From: Elusimicrobiota bacterium
GTDB taxonomy: Bacteria > Elusimicrobiota > Endomicrobiia > Endomicrobiales > JBDRNC01
Assembly (NCBI GenBank): GCA_043811535.1
Contig: JBDRNC010000008.1
Coordinates: forward strand, 68,656-132,655
Reading direction: 5' to 3'
DNA: 64,000 bases
Position numbers and translations under genes: made by a program. Below the pieces are notes generated by a model. The model was not told where the DNA came from, did no database searches, and saw nothing but the letters and a program-made list of their open reading frames with translations. Below are positions 20,401 through 29,657 of this stretch, in pieces (position 1 is the first letter of the stretch; each line of letters starts with the position of its first letter).

Positions 20401-21540
20401 TCATTCTTCCTTCTTCCGTCTTCCTTCTAGCAGTGCGTGCACTGCTTTAAGAATTGCTTCCGGTTTGATCATGTCCATGCAGCTCGGTTTCTTATCGCAT
20501 TTCTGCAGGTAACAGCACGCGCAGTTTTTAGGCGTGACAACCTTGATCCCGCGTTTGTACATCTCTATTTCCGCCGATGACGTCGGGCCGAATATCCCTA
20601 TGACTTTTTTCTTCAGTCCCAATCCGGCGTGAAGCGCGAGCGTGTCCCCTGTAATGACCACGTCGCAAAGGCCAAGCAGAGCGAAAAAATCAGTGATTGA
20701 ATTGCCGGTCCCGGCGCTTATTGCCTTTCGCCCGGATCTCCTGATAAGGGAAGCTATAAGTTCCTTTTCTTCGCACCCGCCGTATAAAACGACTTTAAAT
20801 CCTCTTGAAGCTAAATTTTTGATTACCGCGATGGAACCTCTGTCCGTCCATTTCTTTAATTTCCATCTCTTGCCGGCGCCCGGATTGATGCCGATAACAG
20901 TTTTACCGGCAAGACCGTGTTTCCGCGCGAATGTTTTCGCTTTCAGGACCGAACTTCTGACAAGCGGCGTGTATATCTCGTAATCCGCCCGCTTCAATCC
21001 GGCTATCTTTGACATCCAGTACTGGTAGGTTTTTCTGTTTTTCTTTTTTACGTCGTCAAACGCGCTCATCTCAAGCCAGTGTTTCGCGGCCGTGTTGGAG
21101 CACAGGATTTTCCGGCTATTGTCCAGCATGAAGCCGATCTTGTTTCTGGAAAGCGCAAGCCCCGCCAGGCTCAGGCTCTCGGGAGAAAGGTCCAGGTTTA
21201 TCACATGGTCAAACCTGTTCGCGGCAAGATACTTGAAAATATTCTTGTCAAAGGGGAGGACCCTGTCTACGCGCGGATTGTTCTCAAGTATCGGGACCGA
21301 AACCGCGTCGGTTATCCAGGTGATATCGGATTTGGGGAATTTAATCTTCAGGCCGGGCAGTAAAAACGTGGTGCGCAGGACATCGCCCATCGCGTTGAGC
21401 TTGATTATCAGTATTTTTTTCTTTGCCGGGGATTTTCTGATTGGGGCATACTTTCCGCAATTGGAGCATTTGACGGCGCGTTTCTTGTGAAAAACGCACG
21501 GCCTGTCCAGCGGGAAATGAATGCAGTCGGTTTTAATCAT
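20401..21540 (-). CDS. GT9 ADP-heptose:LPS heptosyltransferase-like protein with a Cys-rich N-terminus
   Basis: ILIIKLNAMGDVLRT, GINPGAG, KKW, TGDTLALH, FGPTS; start placed at ATG 21540. Confidence 0.9.
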   Translation of the reverse strand: MIKTDCIHFPLDRPCVFHKKRAVKCSNCGKYAPIRKSPAKKKILIIKLNAMGDVLRTTFLLPGLKIKFPKSDITWITDAVSVPILENNPRVDRVLPFDKNIFKYLAANRFDHVINLDLSPESLSLAGLALSRNKIGFMLDNSRKILCSNTAAKHWLEMSAFDDVKKKNRKTYQYWMSKIAGLKRADYEIYTPLVRSSVLKAKTFARKHGLAGKTVIGINPGAGKRWKLKKWTDRGSIAVIKNLASRGFKVVLYGGCEEKELIASLIRRSGRKAISAGTGNSITDFFALLGLCDVVITGDTLALHAGLGLKKKVIGIFGPTSSAEIEMYKRGIKVVTPKNCACCYLQKCDKKPSCMDMIKPEAILKAVHALLEGRRKKEE

Positions 21541-21728
21541 GATTATTGATAATGATACAATTTTGAGCACAAAAAGTCTATATTTAATTGCCGTATGTGA
21601 CCTACATTACTGCAATTAAATTGAAATGCCCGTCAGGGTACGAAATCCCGCCGACGGCGGGGGAACACAAATTTTCTATCGCGGCAAGGGGATTTTGAGA
21701 TTACCGTCAAATGATGTATAATACGCCA

Positions 21729-22520
21729 ATGAACACTAAATTTAAAGCATTACAATTAAAGCTGCTTCAAATGAAACGCGTGCTCATCGCGTTTTCCGGA
21801 GGCGTGGATTCTACGTTCCTTCTGCATGCCGCCGTCAAGACGCTTGGCAGGAAGAATGTCCTGGCGGTGACGGCTGTAAGCGAAACCTACCCGAAATCCG
21901 AGCTGAAACTCGCGAAGAAGATGCTTAAAAGAACCGGCGCGAGGGGGATATTTATAAGAACCTCCGAGTTGAAAAACAGTAGATTCGCGTCAAATCCGCG
22001 TGAAAGATGTTTTTACTGCAAGGACGAGCTTTTCAAAAAACTCTCCGCTCTTGCGAAAAAAAACAAAATGATTCTGCTCGACGCGACGAATTATTCCGAC
22101 AGGACCGACTTCAGGCCCGGGAGGAAAGCCGCGATGAAGTGGGGGGTCAAATCACCTATTGCTGAAGCAAAACTGACAAAAGACGAAATTAGAAAGTTGA
22201 GCAGGAGATTCAAGCTCCCCACGTGGGACCTGCCGGCGCAGGCGTGCCTGGCTTCCAGAATACCTTACGGCGTAAAAATCAGCACGGCGCTGCTTGCTAA
22301 GATTGAAAAAGGGGAAGCATTCATAAAAAAACTCGGCTTTACCAATGTCCGCATAAGAAGCCACGGCAATATCGCAAGGATTGAAATAGACAAGAAACAA
22401 TTTAATAAACTATTGGATGGAAACATCCGCAGTAAAATATATGCCTGCCTCAATAAACTCGGCTGGAGCTATGTCTCCGCCGATATCCTCGGTTACCGCA
22501 CGGGTAGTTTGAACAATTAA
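21729..22520 (+). CDS. larE: ATP-dependent sacrificial sulfur transferase LarE family
   Basis: IAFSGGVDS, RCFYCK, DFRPGRKA, ACLASRIPYG, GYRTGSLN. Confidence 0.9.
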   Translation: MNTKFKALQLKLLQMKRVLIAFSGGVDSTFLLHAAVKTLGRKNVLAVTAVSETYPKSELKLAKKMLKRTGARGIFIRTSELKNSRFASNPRERCFYCKDELFKKLSALAKKNKMILLDATNYSDRTDFRPGRKAAMKWGVKSPIAEAKLTKDEIRKLSRRFKLPTWDLPAQACLASRIPYGVKISTALLAKIEKGEAFIKKLGFTNVRIRSHGNIARIEIDKKQFNKLLDGNIRSKIYACLNKLGWSYVSADILGYRTGSLNN

Positions 22521-22618
22521 CAGTTAACAATTATCAATTACCAATGAACGACCAACAACGGGAATAGGACATCAAGAATGATTATTGATAATTGCTAATT
22601 GGTAATTGTTCACTGCTA

Positions 22619-22647
22619 TTGACACTCCCTGATTAAAATAATAGAAT
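22619..22647 (+). promoter_or_regulatory. Sigma70-type promoter
   Basis: TTGACA-17 nt-TAGAAT upstream of the decarboxylase. Confidence 0.65.
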
Positions 22648-22783
22648 TGCTGACACATTTAGAACTCAGGAACTAGAAAATAGAGAATAGTGAATAGGAA
22701 AAAATACGGCAAGAAAAAAATGCCTTGAATAGTGCAGAAATTGCTGTAATAATATTGGATATTACAAATCACTGTTATTAAAG

Positions 22784-24238
22784 ATGAAAAACCAGAACAA
22801 AGCGCCATTATTCGAAACTCTCCACGCTCACGCAAAAAAACAGGTGACATCTTTCCACACGCCCGGCCATAAGAACGGGCACAGCATAGACCACCACCTC
22901 CGCTCTTATACAGGGAAGAACGTCTATTATTTCGATGTTACCGTTTTTCCGGAAGTGGACTCTCTCCACGACCCGACAGGCCCGATAAAAAAGGCCCAGG
23001 AACTCGCGGCGCAGGCGTACGGCGTCGAGCACTCGTTTTTTCTCGTTAACGGCTCGTCTTCCGGGAACATGGCGATGTTTCTCGCGACCTGCAAGCCGGG
23101 CGATTCCGTTATCGTGGCCAGGAGCGCGCACAAGTCGATAATGTCGGGTATCATACTGGCCGGCGTCTGGCCCATCTGGATACAGCCGAAAGTTGATCAG
23201 AACCTCGATATTATATTTGACGCTTCTCCGGATCAGATAGAGGAAGCCCTCAACCAGTTCCCCGAAGCCAAGGCAGTATTCGTCACAAGCCCTACCTATA
23301 ATGGAATTACAACCGACCTGTTTAAAATAGCCGAGATATGCCACCAGCGCGGGAAAGTCCTTCTTGTCGATGAGGCCCACGGCGCGCACCTTAAATTCCA
23401 CAAGGACCTGCCGGTTTCCGCGGTTGAGGTCGGCGCGGATATCTGCGTTCAGTCAACGCATAAGATACTGTCGGCTCTGTCGCAGGGCTCAATGCTTCAT
23501 TTCAACTCGGACATCGTGGATTACAACCGCGTGAGAAAGATAGTATCGCTGCTTCAGACAACGAGCCCGAACTACCTTATACTGGCCAGCCTTGACCTCG
23601 CGCGCAGGCAGGCAATGCTCAGCGGCGAAGATATGCTGGACAAGGTCATCAAGGCGGCTGAATCCGGCAGGCAGAGGATAAACAAGCTCAAGAATTTCTA
23701 CTGCTTCTCTCGCCAGGAGATCCAGCGCCAGGGCTACGACCTTGACCCCACCAAGCTCACTATTAACGTCACGCGCACGGGTTTTTCCGGATATCAGATA
23801 GAGGACATCCTCTCCAAGGAATATAATATTCAGGTGGACTGCGCGGATATTTTCAACATGATAGCCATTATGGGCATAGGTTCCACAAAGAATGACGTGC
23901 AGCAATTGGTTGAAGCGCTTGAAGACATAGACAACAAATATAAAGGGCACCAGCAGAACTGGATACTCCAGATACCTTCGCTCGCGACTGAAATGGTCAT
24001 GATGCCGCGCGACGTTTTCCTCGCGGCTAAGATAAAGCGCGTGCCTTTGCCTAAAGCCGCGGGACACATCGCGGCGCAGACGCTGACGCCCTACCCACCG
24101 GGCATCCCCGTGGTAATCCCCGGCGAGCGCATAACAAAAGAGATCTGCGAATATCTCATGGATATGACCGAAAAGAACATACGCATAAGCGGCCAGGAAA
24201 CGGAAATGCTCAGGACGGTCAAGGTCGTGGACAATTAA
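22784..24238 (+). CDS. Orn/Lys/Arg decarboxylase, PLP fold type I
   Basis: SFHTPGHK, FLVNGSS, VDEAHGAH, QSTHK (PLP lysine), TTSPNY, PYPPGIP. Confidence 0.93.
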   Translation: MKNQNKAPLFETLHAHAKKQVTSFHTPGHKNGHSIDHHLRSYTGKNVYYFDVTVFPEVDSLHDPTGPIKKAQELAAQAYGVEHSFFLVNGSSSGNMAMFLATCKPGDSVIVARSAHKSIMSGIILAGVWPIWIQPKVDQNLDIIFDASPDQIEEALNQFPEAKAVFVTSPTYNGITTDLFKIAEICHQRGKVLLVDEAHGAHLKFHKDLPVSAVEVGADICVQSTHKILSALSQGSMLHFNSDIVDYNRVRKIVSLLQTTSPNYLILASLDLARRQAMLSGEDMLDKVIKAAESGRQRINKLKNFYCFSRQEIQRQGYDLDPTKLTINVTRTGFSGYQIEDILSKEYNIQVDCADIFNMIAIMGIGSTKNDVQQLVEALEDIDNKYKGHQQNWILQIPSLATEMVMMPRDVFLAAKIKRVPLPKAAGHIAAQTLTPYPPGIPVVIPGERITKEICEYLMDMTEKNIRISGQETEMLRTVKVVDN

Positions 24239-24280
24239 GAACAGGGTCCAGGGTCCAGAAACAACAAAATATCATATTAA

Positions 24281-24951
24281 ATGAAAAGATATAGACTTAT
24301 ATTGATTTGTCTACTAATCGCTCTTTCTAATAATGCTTACGCCGGCATCGGCATTTTCAACAAGATATACGCCGGTCTTTTCATTCCCTATTACAGCATC
24401 GGCGGGGATTTTGACGGCACGAAACTGCTCACGGACGGCAAGGAATTTTTCTACGTGCCCAAGGTTGAGCCCGCCGCCGGATACGGGATCGTTCTTGGCG
24501 CGAGGGGAAGATTTGTTGAATCCGAAACCAGCCCTATTGATCTCGCGGTGGAAGCTTCAGTCGCGATGTCAAGACATAACGCGAGCTGGCTCGGTAATCC
24601 CGCAAACGTTTCTTACACGGAGATTAAGTTCGACGCGAGGCCGTTCTTTCTCGCGAATAGGAGGCTGCAGCCGTACCTGGGATTGGGACTTTCTTTCGGC
24701 CTGCTGACCGCGGAAATCTTTCCGCGGACGCGTCCGGGACAGGGAACGCCTTATACAACTTAACATCTTTAGATTTGGAGGGAGGCGCCGCGTATTTCAT
24801 CACGAACAAGCTTTCCGTTGAGTTGGGAATTACGATGGAACTGGGAAGTTTCTACCAGGCGACGGGTGTTACTAACGAGCCCAAAACAGTTCAAAACGGG
24901 CTGGATCCGCAGTTGACGTATCCGGGGTTGAAAATTAATTATTTATTTTAG
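24281..24951 (+). pseudogene. Outer-membrane beta-barrel protein with a single-base frameshift near 24714-24716
   Basis: Signal peptide and QPYLGLG in the first frame; the shifted frame continues ...EGGAAYFITNKLSVELG...GLKINYLF-stop with a terminal Phe. Adding one A gives a 223-aa ORF. Confidence 0.8.
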
Positions 24952-25054
24952 ATAATATGTAGCCGCAAACTGTGCTCAATCCCGATTCGCGAAGTAAGAT
25001 CCCGACATTGGGACTTCTCGGGATTTCACAAACAGCCATTCAAGGAGCTATTTA

Positions 25055-25396
25055 ATGAACAAAAAAGAAATGGAAAGATTCAACAAGATCCTGCTCGAAA
25101 AACGCGAAGACCTTCTGAAAGTCGTGAAATCCAAGAAAGAGAACGATCTGATTGAGGTCGAAATAGGCGACGAGATAGACACGGCATCCGCGACAAGCGA
25201 AAAAGAGCTTCTTTTTGAACAGACTGACAACGAGAAGATCATCCTCGATGCGATCGAATCCGCGCTCCGCCGCATAGAGATCGGAAAATTCGGCATGTGC
25301 GAATCCTGCGGGCTGGACATCAAGGAAGGCCGCCTCAAGGCCATCCCATGGGTAAGATACTGCATCGAATGCCAGAACAAGGTTGAAAAAGGATAA
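25055..25396 (+). CDS. TraR/DksA family C4 zinc-finger protein
   Basis: GDEIDTA coiled-coil tip, FGMCESCG, RLKAIPWVRYCIECQ. Confidence 0.92.
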   Translation: MNKKEMERFNKILLEKREDLLKVVKSKKENDLIEVEIGDEIDTASATSEKELLFEQTDNEKIILDAIESALRRIEIGKFGMCESCGLDIKEGRLKAIPWVRYCIECQNKVEKG

Positions 25397-25399
25397 ACA

Positions 25400-26461
25400 A
25401 TGCCGGCCGTAAACCAGCAAATACTGGATATTTATTGTTTAATAGCGTGCCAGTGGCGGGCCTGGCTCACGGCGGCCGGCATCGTGCTGGCATTCTGGGT
25501 CGGCGGTTTCCTGTTCCGCAAGGTAGTTGTTGTTTACATTGAATTCCTTACCAGGAAAACCGAAACCAAAATAGACGATGTCATAATTTCCTGCCTCAAA
25601 CCTCACCTTATATACTGGCCGGTCCTGCTGGGACTGTATTTCGCGGCGAAGGCCGCGCCGGTTGAGAACGCTCATGTGCTGGCGCTGTTTAATAAAACCG
25701 TGCTGGCGCTGTTCTTCCTCTCGGTCACATTTCTCGTATCCAATATTGTTTCAGGCATATTCAAGGTATACACCGACAAGCACGCAATGCCTTCGGCAAG
25801 CCTGACTAATAATGTCATCAAGTTCGTTGTAATCGCGGTCGGCGCGCTTGTCATACTTTCGCAGCTCGGGATATCCATAACGCCTCTGCTGACGGCCCTC
25901 GGCATCGGCTCGCTCGCGGTCGCGCTCGCTTTCCAGGACACGCTTTCCAATATGTTCGCAGGCTTCCATATAATAATGTCAAAACTCATCAAAACGGGCG
26001 ATTATATCAAGCTTGAAAGCGGCGAAACGGGATATGTCCTGGATATAGGATGGCGCGCCACGAGAATAAGGGAACTGTCAAATAACGTCATACTCGTCCC
26101 CAATTCCAAAATAACGGCGTCGGTGCTCAAGAACTTCTACGCGCCGGACAAAGAGATGGCCGTGCTTGTCCAGGTCGGCGTATCGTACAACAGCGACCTC
26201 GCGAAAGTTGAAAAAGTAACGATAGAGGTCGGGGAAGAAATCATGAAGACGGTGCAGGGCGGCATACCGGACTTCAAGCCGTTCATACGCTACCACACGC
26301 TGGGCGACTCCTCGATCAACTTCTCGGTGATACTCAGGGCAAAAGAAGTCGTTGACCAGTATCTCATCACCCACGAATTCATAAAACGCCTCCACAAACG
26401 CTACAAGCAGGAAGGCATCGAGATCCCCTTTCCGCAAAGAGTCGTGCACCTGCAGAAATAA
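25400..26461 (+). CDS. mscS: Small-conductance mechanosensitive channel
   Basis: LGIGSLAVALAFQDTLSN, GDYIKL, IGWRAT, PNS, GIEIPFPQR. Confidence 0.92.
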   Translation: MPAVNQQILDIYCLIACQWRAWLTAAGIVLAFWVGGFLFRKVVVVYIEFLTRKTETKIDDVIISCLKPHLIYWPVLLGLYFAAKAAPVENAHVLALFNKTVLALFFLSVTFLVSNIVSGIFKVYTDKHAMPSASLTNNVIKFVVIAVGALVILSQLGISITPLLTALGIGSLAVALAFQDTLSNMFAGFHIIMSKLIKTGDYIKLESGETGYVLDIGWRATRIRELSNNVILVPNSKITASVLKNFYAPDKEMAVLVQVGVSYNSDLAKVEKVTIEVGEEIMKTVQGGIPDFKPFIRYHTLGDSSINFSVILRAKEVVDQYLITHEFIKRLHKRYKQEGIEIPFPQRVVHLQK

Positions 26462-26586
26462 AACCAATTTCAGATTTCAAATATTCCCGACTTCGCTGGG
26501 ACTCCATGTTTACACTAATGAGGTCGCATATTTCAGATTGCGGATTTACGTCATATATCCGGCCATGCTGAATCATCCGAAACCTT

Positions 26587-27177
26587 ATGAAAAACAGAAA
26601 GGGCATTTTATCAGGCGTGTCAGCCGGAATGATGATAGTGATGTCATTCGCGCTTATCATCATTGCGTCCTTCCTTTTCTCGGCCGCGTTCCTCAAGGCC
26701 ACCGAATTTACCGGCTATTTTCAAAAGGTCATATACGCGGGAAAAACAGCGCCGGCTCAGCGCGTCGATCTTATCGCAGGCGCAGTCAGTTCAATAGTGT
26801 TCACTGTTTCCCTTTGGAAATACTTCCTGCTCTTCGGCCTGATGGGTGCTGCCTGCTATATTTTCAAGAGAATTGACGACAAGAAAAAGCTTTTCTATAT
26901 TTTTCACACTTTCAGACTGAGCCGCGTTTACCTTTTCTGGTTCGGCGTTTGCCTTGTTGCATGCTATTTATTCGCACTGCTGAAACTCAGGGATAAAATA
27001 GTTTTCGGCACGGTCTTTCCGGATACGGTCAGCGTTTACTCGTTCTGGATGCTGTCAATGGGTTATTTCGGCGGATCGCTGATAGCGGCGAGAGTCCTCA
27101 AGGAAATGTGGATTTTCTGGTACAGATTGTTCAGCAACGAACCCAAGCCCGATGAATCAATTGTGTTTGAGGAATAG
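26587..27177 (+). CDS. Hypothetical membrane protein
   Basis: 196-aa ORF with about four hydrophobic segments; no family recognised. Confidence 0.6.
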   Translation: MKNRKGILSGVSAGMMIVMSFALIIIASFLFSAAFLKATEFTGYFQKVIYAGKTAPAQRVDLIAGAVSSIVFTVSLWKYFLLFGLMGAACYIFKRIDDKKKLFYIFHTFRLSRVYLFWFGVCLVACYLFALLKLRDKIVFGTVFPDTVSVYSFWMLSMGYFGGSLIAARVLKEMWIFWYRLFSNEPKPDESIVFEE

Positions 27178-27187
27178 AAACTAACAC

Positions 27188-27216
27188 TTGACAAAGGCAA
27201 ATCAGTTTAGTATAAA
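27188..27216 (+). promoter_or_regulatory. Sigma70-type promoter upstream of ORF6N and the tad locus
   Basis: TTGACA-17 nt-TATAAA. Confidence 0.6.
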
Positions 27217-27339
27217 TAAATTGAAGCAATAGCAGACCGCATAATTCTCTTGGGGGAGAAAGAAAATGGGGGAGAATAGTTTTTATATCATAACCACTTG
27301 CCGGCAATCCGGCTGTGGTTTTTTCTATTTAAGGAGAAG

Positions 27340-27882
27340 ATGATGGAAGAGTTGGTTCCGCAAACCAGGATAGAAAGCAGGATTTTCGTCATCAGAGGCA
27401 GGAAGATTATGTTGGATAAGGATCTGGCTGAATTGTACGGAGTATCCACTAAAGTACTTAATCAAGCGGTAAAAAGGAACTTAAAACGCTTCCCGCCCGA
27501 TTTTATGTTTCAATTGAATAATCAAGATGTTTCAATCTTGAAGTCACAAATTGTGACTTCAAGTTGGGGTGGTGTACGCAAACTTCCATTCGCTTTCACC
27601 GAGAACGGAGTTGCCATGCTTTCTAGCGTCCTGAACAGCGAAAGAGCGATTCAGGTAAACATCCAAATAATGAGGACATTTGCACAATTGAATCATTACC
27701 TTTCAACTCATAGAGAACTAGCTCGGAAATTCAAAGAATTAGAAGAACGAGTTGAAAAGAAACTGGGTAAACAGGACGGAAAAATAGAATCAGTGATTGA
27801 TGTTATCAATAATTTATTACTCCGGCCGCATATAGAGATTCCTAAACCGAAATTTAAGATCCGGGGATTCAAGAAGACTTAG
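27340..27882 (+). CDS. ORF6N domain DNA-binding protein
   Basis: IRGRKIMLDKDLAELYGV, LNQAVKRNLKRFPPDFMFQL, AFTENGVAMLSSVLNS; AAGGAG SD before ATG 27340. Confidence 0.93.
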   Translation: MMEELVPQTRIESRIFVIRGRKIMLDKDLAELYGVSTKVLNQAVKRNLKRFPPDFMFQLNNQDVSILKSQIVTSSWGGVRKLPFAFTENGVAMLSSVLNSERAIQVNIQIMRTFAQLNHYLSTHRELARKFKELEERVEKKLGKQDGKIESVIDVINNLLLRPHIEIPKPKFKIRGFKKT

Positions 27883-27913
27883 CCATATATTTTTGTCATT
27901 GCTGGGGGAAATA

Positions 27914-28672
27914 ATGACGAAATTCAAGACCGCGCTGTTTCTTTCCACACTGTTTATTCTCATACTTATTTCACACCCGCTATATCCTGCCGCCGAGATG
28001 GTTGAGATTTCCGTAGAAATCACAGAAGTCAACAACGACAAGGCGAACGAACTCGGCATCAAATGGGTGGACACGCTCGCCGCGGGCGAAGTCGCCGGTT
28101 CAGCCGATAAAAGATCTCCCGAATCCCTTCCGGAAGTGCCCTCCCTTGTGCAGGCCGGGGACATAAAAAGATTCTCAGCCCTGACCGCGGAACTTAAAAT
28201 CCTCATCCAGAAAGGCGCCGCTAAAGTACTTTCAAAACCTAAGATCACGACAAAGTCCGGCACTTCCGCGAGTTTTCTTGTAGGAGGCGAAATCCCTATT
28301 GTCTCCGCCGGCGCTACCGGCGGCGGGTCCGTCGACTGGAAAAAATACGGCATAAAATGCGATGTTTCGCCCGTTGTTTCCGGGGACTTCATCGATTTCG
28401 GCCTTGTCACGGAAGTCAGCCGCCTTGACTGGTCAAACCAGGTTAAGGAAAATCCAGCTATCCTGACCAGGACAGCCTCCTCACATGTCAGAGTTAAAAG
28501 CGGGCAGACAATCACGCTTGCGGGTCTTGTGGAAACAGCCAAGCAGGAACAAATCATAGGGATACCGCTTCTTTGCGATATTCCGATTTTAGGTTATCTT
28601 TTCAGCCGAAAAAAAATGGTTGAGAACAAGACTACGGTGCTGATATTTGTGACGCCAAGGATATTGGAATAA
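27914..28672 (+). CDS. Secretin (RcpA/CpaC-like), C-terminal secretin domain only
   Basis: Signal peptide, ELGIKW, AKVLSKPKITTKSG, FLVGGEIP, GQTITLAGL, IPILGYLFS, IFVTPRI. Confidence 0.9.
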   Translation: MTKFKTALFLSTLFILILISHPLYPAAEMVEISVEITEVNNDKANELGIKWVDTLAAGEVAGSADKRSPESLPEVPSLVQAGDIKRFSALTAELKILIQKGAAKVLSKPKITTKSGTSASFLVGGEIPIVSAGATGGGSVDWKKYGIKCDVSPVVSGDFIDFGLVTEVSRLDWSNQVKENPAILTRTASSHVRVKSGQTITLAGLVETAKQEQIIGIPLLCDIPILGYLFSRKKMVENKTTVLIFVTPRILE

Positions 28673-28796
28673 ACCCCGTTAGAGCTAGGCCGCCTTTCGG
28701 CGGCCGTATTCCTTTATATTTTTCTTATTGTGTTATTTTCCGCGACAGCATAATACTCATGAGCAAAAATAGAAATATGTGTATCTCTAACGGGGT
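28673..28796. mobile_element. TIR-bounded mini-element (ACCCCGTTAGAG...CTCTAACGGGGT)
   Basis: Perfect 12-bp terminal inverted repeat; internal GGCCGCC-TTTC-GGCGGCC hairpin; right end overlaps a likely GTG start. Confidence 0.75.
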
Positions 28797-29001
28797 GAAA
28801 ACTAAAAGGGAAAAAGGTCAGGCCCTCCTTCGCTCGCCGCTGAAGCATTGGGGAGCTACGGAAGGGCAGGTAATGGCGGAATATGTGATTGCGGCAGCCA
28901 TTCTCGTCATCGCCATAGCAGGAGTCCTGATAGTATTCAGGGAAGGCCTCGCCGTAGTATTCAATAAAGTAGCGGGCCACCGTTGCGGGATGTACCCATG
29001 A
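28795..29001 (+). CDS. Flp-like pilin with an in-frame 16-aa repeat insertion in the leader (start uncertain: GTG 28795 or ATG 28759)
   Basis: GQ|VMAEY prepilin motif followed by a hydrophobic helix. Confidence 0.75.
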   Translation: MKTKREKGQALLRSPLKHWGATEGQVMAEYVIAAAILVIAIAGVLIVFREGLAVVFNKVAGHRCGMYP

Positions 29002-29657
29002 ATATATTAACGAAAGTATCTCGGGACTCGTATCTAGTATCTCGAACAGCTGAAACACGCAAGAACCTTCATCAAGGCTTCGAAGGACAAGCCCGCCAAA
29101 GGCACTACGGCGGGCAGGCGATGGTTGAAACTCTGTTCGCGGTGGTTTTTCTGACGACGTTTTTCTTCGCCGCAATGCAGTTTATCATGGTCTCAATCGC
29201 GTGGTTAAGGGCCAACGAAGCCGCACAGGCGGGGCTAAGATGCGCGATAGTTTCCGAAGGAAGCACCGTGGAAGGCGCCGGCAGCGGCAATCCAAACAAC
29301 CGCGCTCAAACAGCGGTTTCATATATACTGGGGTTCGGCCTGCCTGCTAAAGCCGTACTTTGGGATAAAATCCCGGCCGAATCGGCCCGCCAGAGGCACA
29401 ACGGCGGGCAGGCAGGGCGCGACCACTCTTCGGGCCCGAACATGAACGGCGCGAATATACGGATGTTCTCTCTGCACGTTTATTATTTTCAGAAACTGAT
29501 GTTTTCGTCATTTTTCAGCGGAATGTCTGCTTTCGGGATGCTGAATGTCTCGGACAAATACGGCCCAAGCGGCGCGGCACACTGCCGGATGATAAAGCCG
29601 CCTGACTGGAGGTATTATGAAAAAGCCTATCCGGAAGCGTATTGCTTCAATGAATAA
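28998..29657 (+). CDS. TadE-like pseudopilin
   Basis: GQ|AMVE plus TM helix and AAQAGLR; ATG 28998 overlaps the upstream stop (ATGA). Confidence 0.8.
   Translation: MNILTKVSRDSYLVSRTAETRKNLHQGFEGQARQRHYGGQAMVETLFAVVFLTTFFFAAMQFIMVSIAWLRANEAAQAGLRCAIVSEGSTVEGAGSGNPNNRAQTAVSYILGFGLPAKAVLWDKIPAESARQRHNGGQAGRDHSSGPNMNGANIRMFSLHVYYFQKLMFSSFFSGMSAFGMLNVSDKYGPSGAAHCRMIKPPDWRYYEKAYPEAYCFNE

Noticed and set aside
27340..27882. Prophage, suggested by ORF6N
   Set aside because: No other phage genes, integrase or structural genes lie nearby.
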